64,000 bases of DNA from Bacteroidota bacterium. GTDB lineage: Bacteria; Bacteroidota; Bacteroidia; Bacteroidales; GCA-2748055. Of the stretch, positions 62,347 through 64,000 are shown one piece after another. Numbering within the stretch: the stretch's first letter is position 1; every line of letters starts with the position of its first letter. A program made the translations under genes and the position numbers. The stretch is taken from assembly GCA_020047715.1 (NCBI GenBank), contig JAIFNN010000022.1:17123-81122 (forward strand), read 5' to 3'. The notes under the pieces are model-generated. The model made no database searches. It saw only the letters and a list, made by a program, of their open reading frames with translations, and was not told where the DNA came from.

Positions 62347-63486
62347 ATGAACTTTACACACGAAATGGTCCTTCAAAGCCTGAAGCAGGTTGTTCATCCT
62401 GAAAAGGGCTTGAATATTGTAGAATTGGGCATGGTTGAAAACCTAATTGTTGATTCCGGGAAAATCAGTTTTTCCCTAAGCTCAGCAAAGCCTAATGATC
62501 CCTTGCTTGCCTCTATAAAAAAGGCTGCAGTAATCGCCCTTAAGTCTGCATTCGGTTCAGGGATCGAAGATCATATTTCCATCTCTGCTCAAATTCCAGT
62601 GCATAAGACAGCTAATCCGGTTCGGACCGGACCCTTGCCCGGGGTGAAGAACATCATTGCTGTAGCATCAGGTAAGGGGGGAGTTGGTAAATCAACTGTT
62701 GCAGTAAACCTGGCTGTGGCCCTTGCTAAAACCGGAGCATCTGTAGGGCTTCTGGACGCTGATGTTTACGGGCCTTCAATTCCAAAGATGTTTGATCTTG
62801 AGGGTGAACGCCCGGTTATACGTCAGGATGGGAATCGTGAGCTTATGATTCCAATTGAAAAATATGGGGTTAAGGTTCTGTCACTAGGCTTCTTTGTAAA
62901 CCCGGAGGACGCAGTAGTGTGGAGAGGCCCTATGGCAACAAATGCCCTTAAACAGCTAATTACTCTTGGTGACTGGGGAGATCTCGATTATATGCTGATT
63001 GACCTTCCTCCAGGAACCGGCGACATTCATCTTACCATGGTTCAGGAGGTGGCTGTAACAGGGGCTGTTATTGTAAGCACACCGCAACAGGTTGCTTTGG
63101 CTGACGTGATTAAAGGAATCGCAATGTTTGCCGGTGACAAGATTAACGTTCCTGTTCTGGGACTTGTTGAAAATATGTCCTGGTTCACACCTGCTGAACT
63201 CCCTGAAAACAAGTATTATATTTTTGGTAAAGAGGGGTGTAAGCAATTAGCCAATAAGCTGGGTCTTGATCTGCTGGCCCAGATCCCGCTGGTGCAGAGT
63301 ATTTGTGAGAACGGCGACTCCGGAAAGCCTTCGGTGCTTGACAACAATGACCCTGTTGGAAAAGCCTTTGATACATTGGCCAAAAATTTGATTGCTAGTA
63401 TTGAAAAACGAAATCAGGAAAAAGATCCTACCAGGAAAGTTGAAATTACCAATACAGACGGATGCGATGCAGTAAAATCGAAATAA
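62347..63486 (+). CDS. Mrp/NBP35 (ApbC) family iron-sulfur cluster carrier ATPase
   Basis: N-terminal DUF59-like domain, the deviant Walker A ASGKGGVGKST, and a CxxG-type C-terminal motif. Confidence 0.9.
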   Translation: MNFTHEMVLQSLKQVVHPEKGLNIVELGMVENLIVDSGKISFSLSSAKPNDPLLASIKKAAVIALKSAFGSGIEDHISISAQIPVHKTANPVRTGPLPGVKNIIAVASGKGGVGKSTVAVNLAVALAKTGASVGLLDADVYGPSIPKMFDLEGERPVIRQDGNRELMIPIEKYGVKVLSLGFFVNPEDAVVWRGPMATNALKQLITLGDWGDLDYMLIDLPPGTGDIHLTMVQEVAVTGAVIVSTPQQVALADVIKGIAMFAGDKINVPVLGLVENMSWFTPAELPENKYYIFGKEGCKQLANKLGLDLLAQIPLVQSICENGDSGKPSVLDNNDPVGKAFDTLAKNLIASIEKRNQEKDPTRKVEITNTDGCDAVKSK

Positions 63487-63495
63487 TAAAACCTA

Positions 63496-63735
63496 ATGGA
63501 AAAAACTACTCTTCAGGAAAAAGTAAACCTTGCACTTGAGAAAATCCGGCCATATCTCAATGCTGATGGAGGTGATGTAAGCCTAATAAACATTAGCGAG
63601 GATTTGGTCGTCACAGTTAAATTCTCTGGAGCTTGCGATGGTTGTCCCTACAGCGTAATGACCCTTAAGGCCGGAGTGGAAGAGGCAATCAGGAAAGAAC
63701 TTCCGGAAGTTAAGGATGTGGTAGCTGAAGCTTAA
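63496..63735 (+). CDS. NifU C-terminal-domain (Nfu-like) protein
   Basis: 79 aa. IRPYLNADGGDV and the GACDGCPYS CxxC motif. Confidence 0.85.
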   Translation: MEKTTLQEKVNLALEKIRPYLNADGGDVSLINISEDLVVTVKFSGACDGCPYSVMTLKAGVEEAIRKELPEVKDVVAEA

Positions 63736-63747
63736 ATAATCTCCGTT

Positions 63748-63775
63748 CTGATAAAATATAAACTGAATTTATCAG
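63748..63775 (+). terminator. AT-rich hairpin after the Nfu-like gene (CTGATAAA-12 nt-TTTATCAG) followed by a T-rich tract
   Basis: 8-bp perfect inverted repeat, 13 bp after the stop at 63735. Confidence 0.4.
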
Positions 63776-63807
63776 TTATTACTTTTACACCTAAAATCAT
63801 CAGGTTT

Positions 63808-64000
63808 TTGAGGAATATCCTAAGATATAAGTATTTGTTGGTGGTGGCTTTTCTGACAACTGCCTGCTCAACTACGAAAAACACTTTCGTAAGCCGGAAC
63901 TACCATAATATGGTTTCGCATTATAATATTTTCTTCAATGGGACAGAGAGTTTTAAGAAGGGAATTAAACGCGCGGAATCTTCTCAAACAGATAACTACA
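63808..64000 (+). CDS. 5' part of a lipoprotein gene running off the window; N-terminus reminiscent of PorW/SprE-type TPR lipoproteins (tentative)
   Basis: The TTG at 63808 opens a frame with no stop to the window end: MRNILRYKYLLVVAFLTTACSTTKNTFVSRNYHNMVSHYNIFFNG... It has a lipobox (LTTAC). The family assignment comes from memory of similar N-termini only. Confidence 0.4.
   Translation, partial: MRNILRYKYLLVVAFLTTACSTTKNTFVSRNYHNMVSHYNIFFNGTESFKKGIKRAESSQTDNY

Noticed and set aside
1-64000. Search for CRISPR arrays, tRNA/rRNA genes, IS elements, integrases and phage or defence-system genes
   Set aside because: I saw no regularly spaced direct repeats and no tRNA-like GC-rich cloverleaf segments in the intergenic regions longer than 100 bp. 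No transposase, integrase or nuclease-helicase type ORFs were seen either. The window appears to be core chromosome apart from the sulfur locus. This is a by-eye assessment, and tRNAscan, Infernal or a CRISPR finder would be decisive.

Overview
This 64-kb stretch is dense and almost fully coding, and it reads as a Bacteroidota chromosome. It carries the gliding/T9SS core porP-gldK-gldL-gldM-gldN plus gldH, lineage-typical genes of the glmS/DUF4270/glycogen-synthase-like/panCD neighbourhood, TAnnTTTG -7 promoter boxes and A-rich leaders without Shine-Dalgarno sequences. I call about 62 CDS. Most are housekeeping: metG, topA, radA, pgk, glmS, panCD, holB, trmB, PBP1A, PiT/DUF47, mlaEF, mrp/nifU, and a wbpA/B/D/E + galE + rfbB nucleotide-sugar block. 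I found no rRNA, tRNA, CRISPR array, transposase or integrase. The stand-out region is a ~10-kb anaerobic sulfur locus (4124-14213, minus strand). It holds a Tat-exported Psr/Phs-type molybdopterin oxidoreductase operon (A, B, NrfD-type C) directly downstream of an octaheme tetrathionate-reductase-family cytochrome c + cytochrome b operon. Each operon ends in the same paralogous accessory module: two half-size YeeE/YedE (sulfur-transport family) membrane proteins plus a rhodanese-fold domain. That domain has lost the canonical active-site cysteine, and its only cysteine is the very last residue of a conserved Lys-rich tail (...GGC-stop). It is a separate gene in one operon and fused to the YedE half in the other. 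I regard this duplicated module as the best candidate for an undescribed system. Secondary observations: palindromic candidate operators on both sulfur promoters, a frameshifted DUF502 gene, an arginase-fold protein with degenerate metal ligands next to the T9SS core, an uncharacterised envelope gene trio at the left edge, and a cluster of related inverted repeats between holB and the PSP1 gene. All functional calls rest on motif and family recognition by eye. No database search was run.
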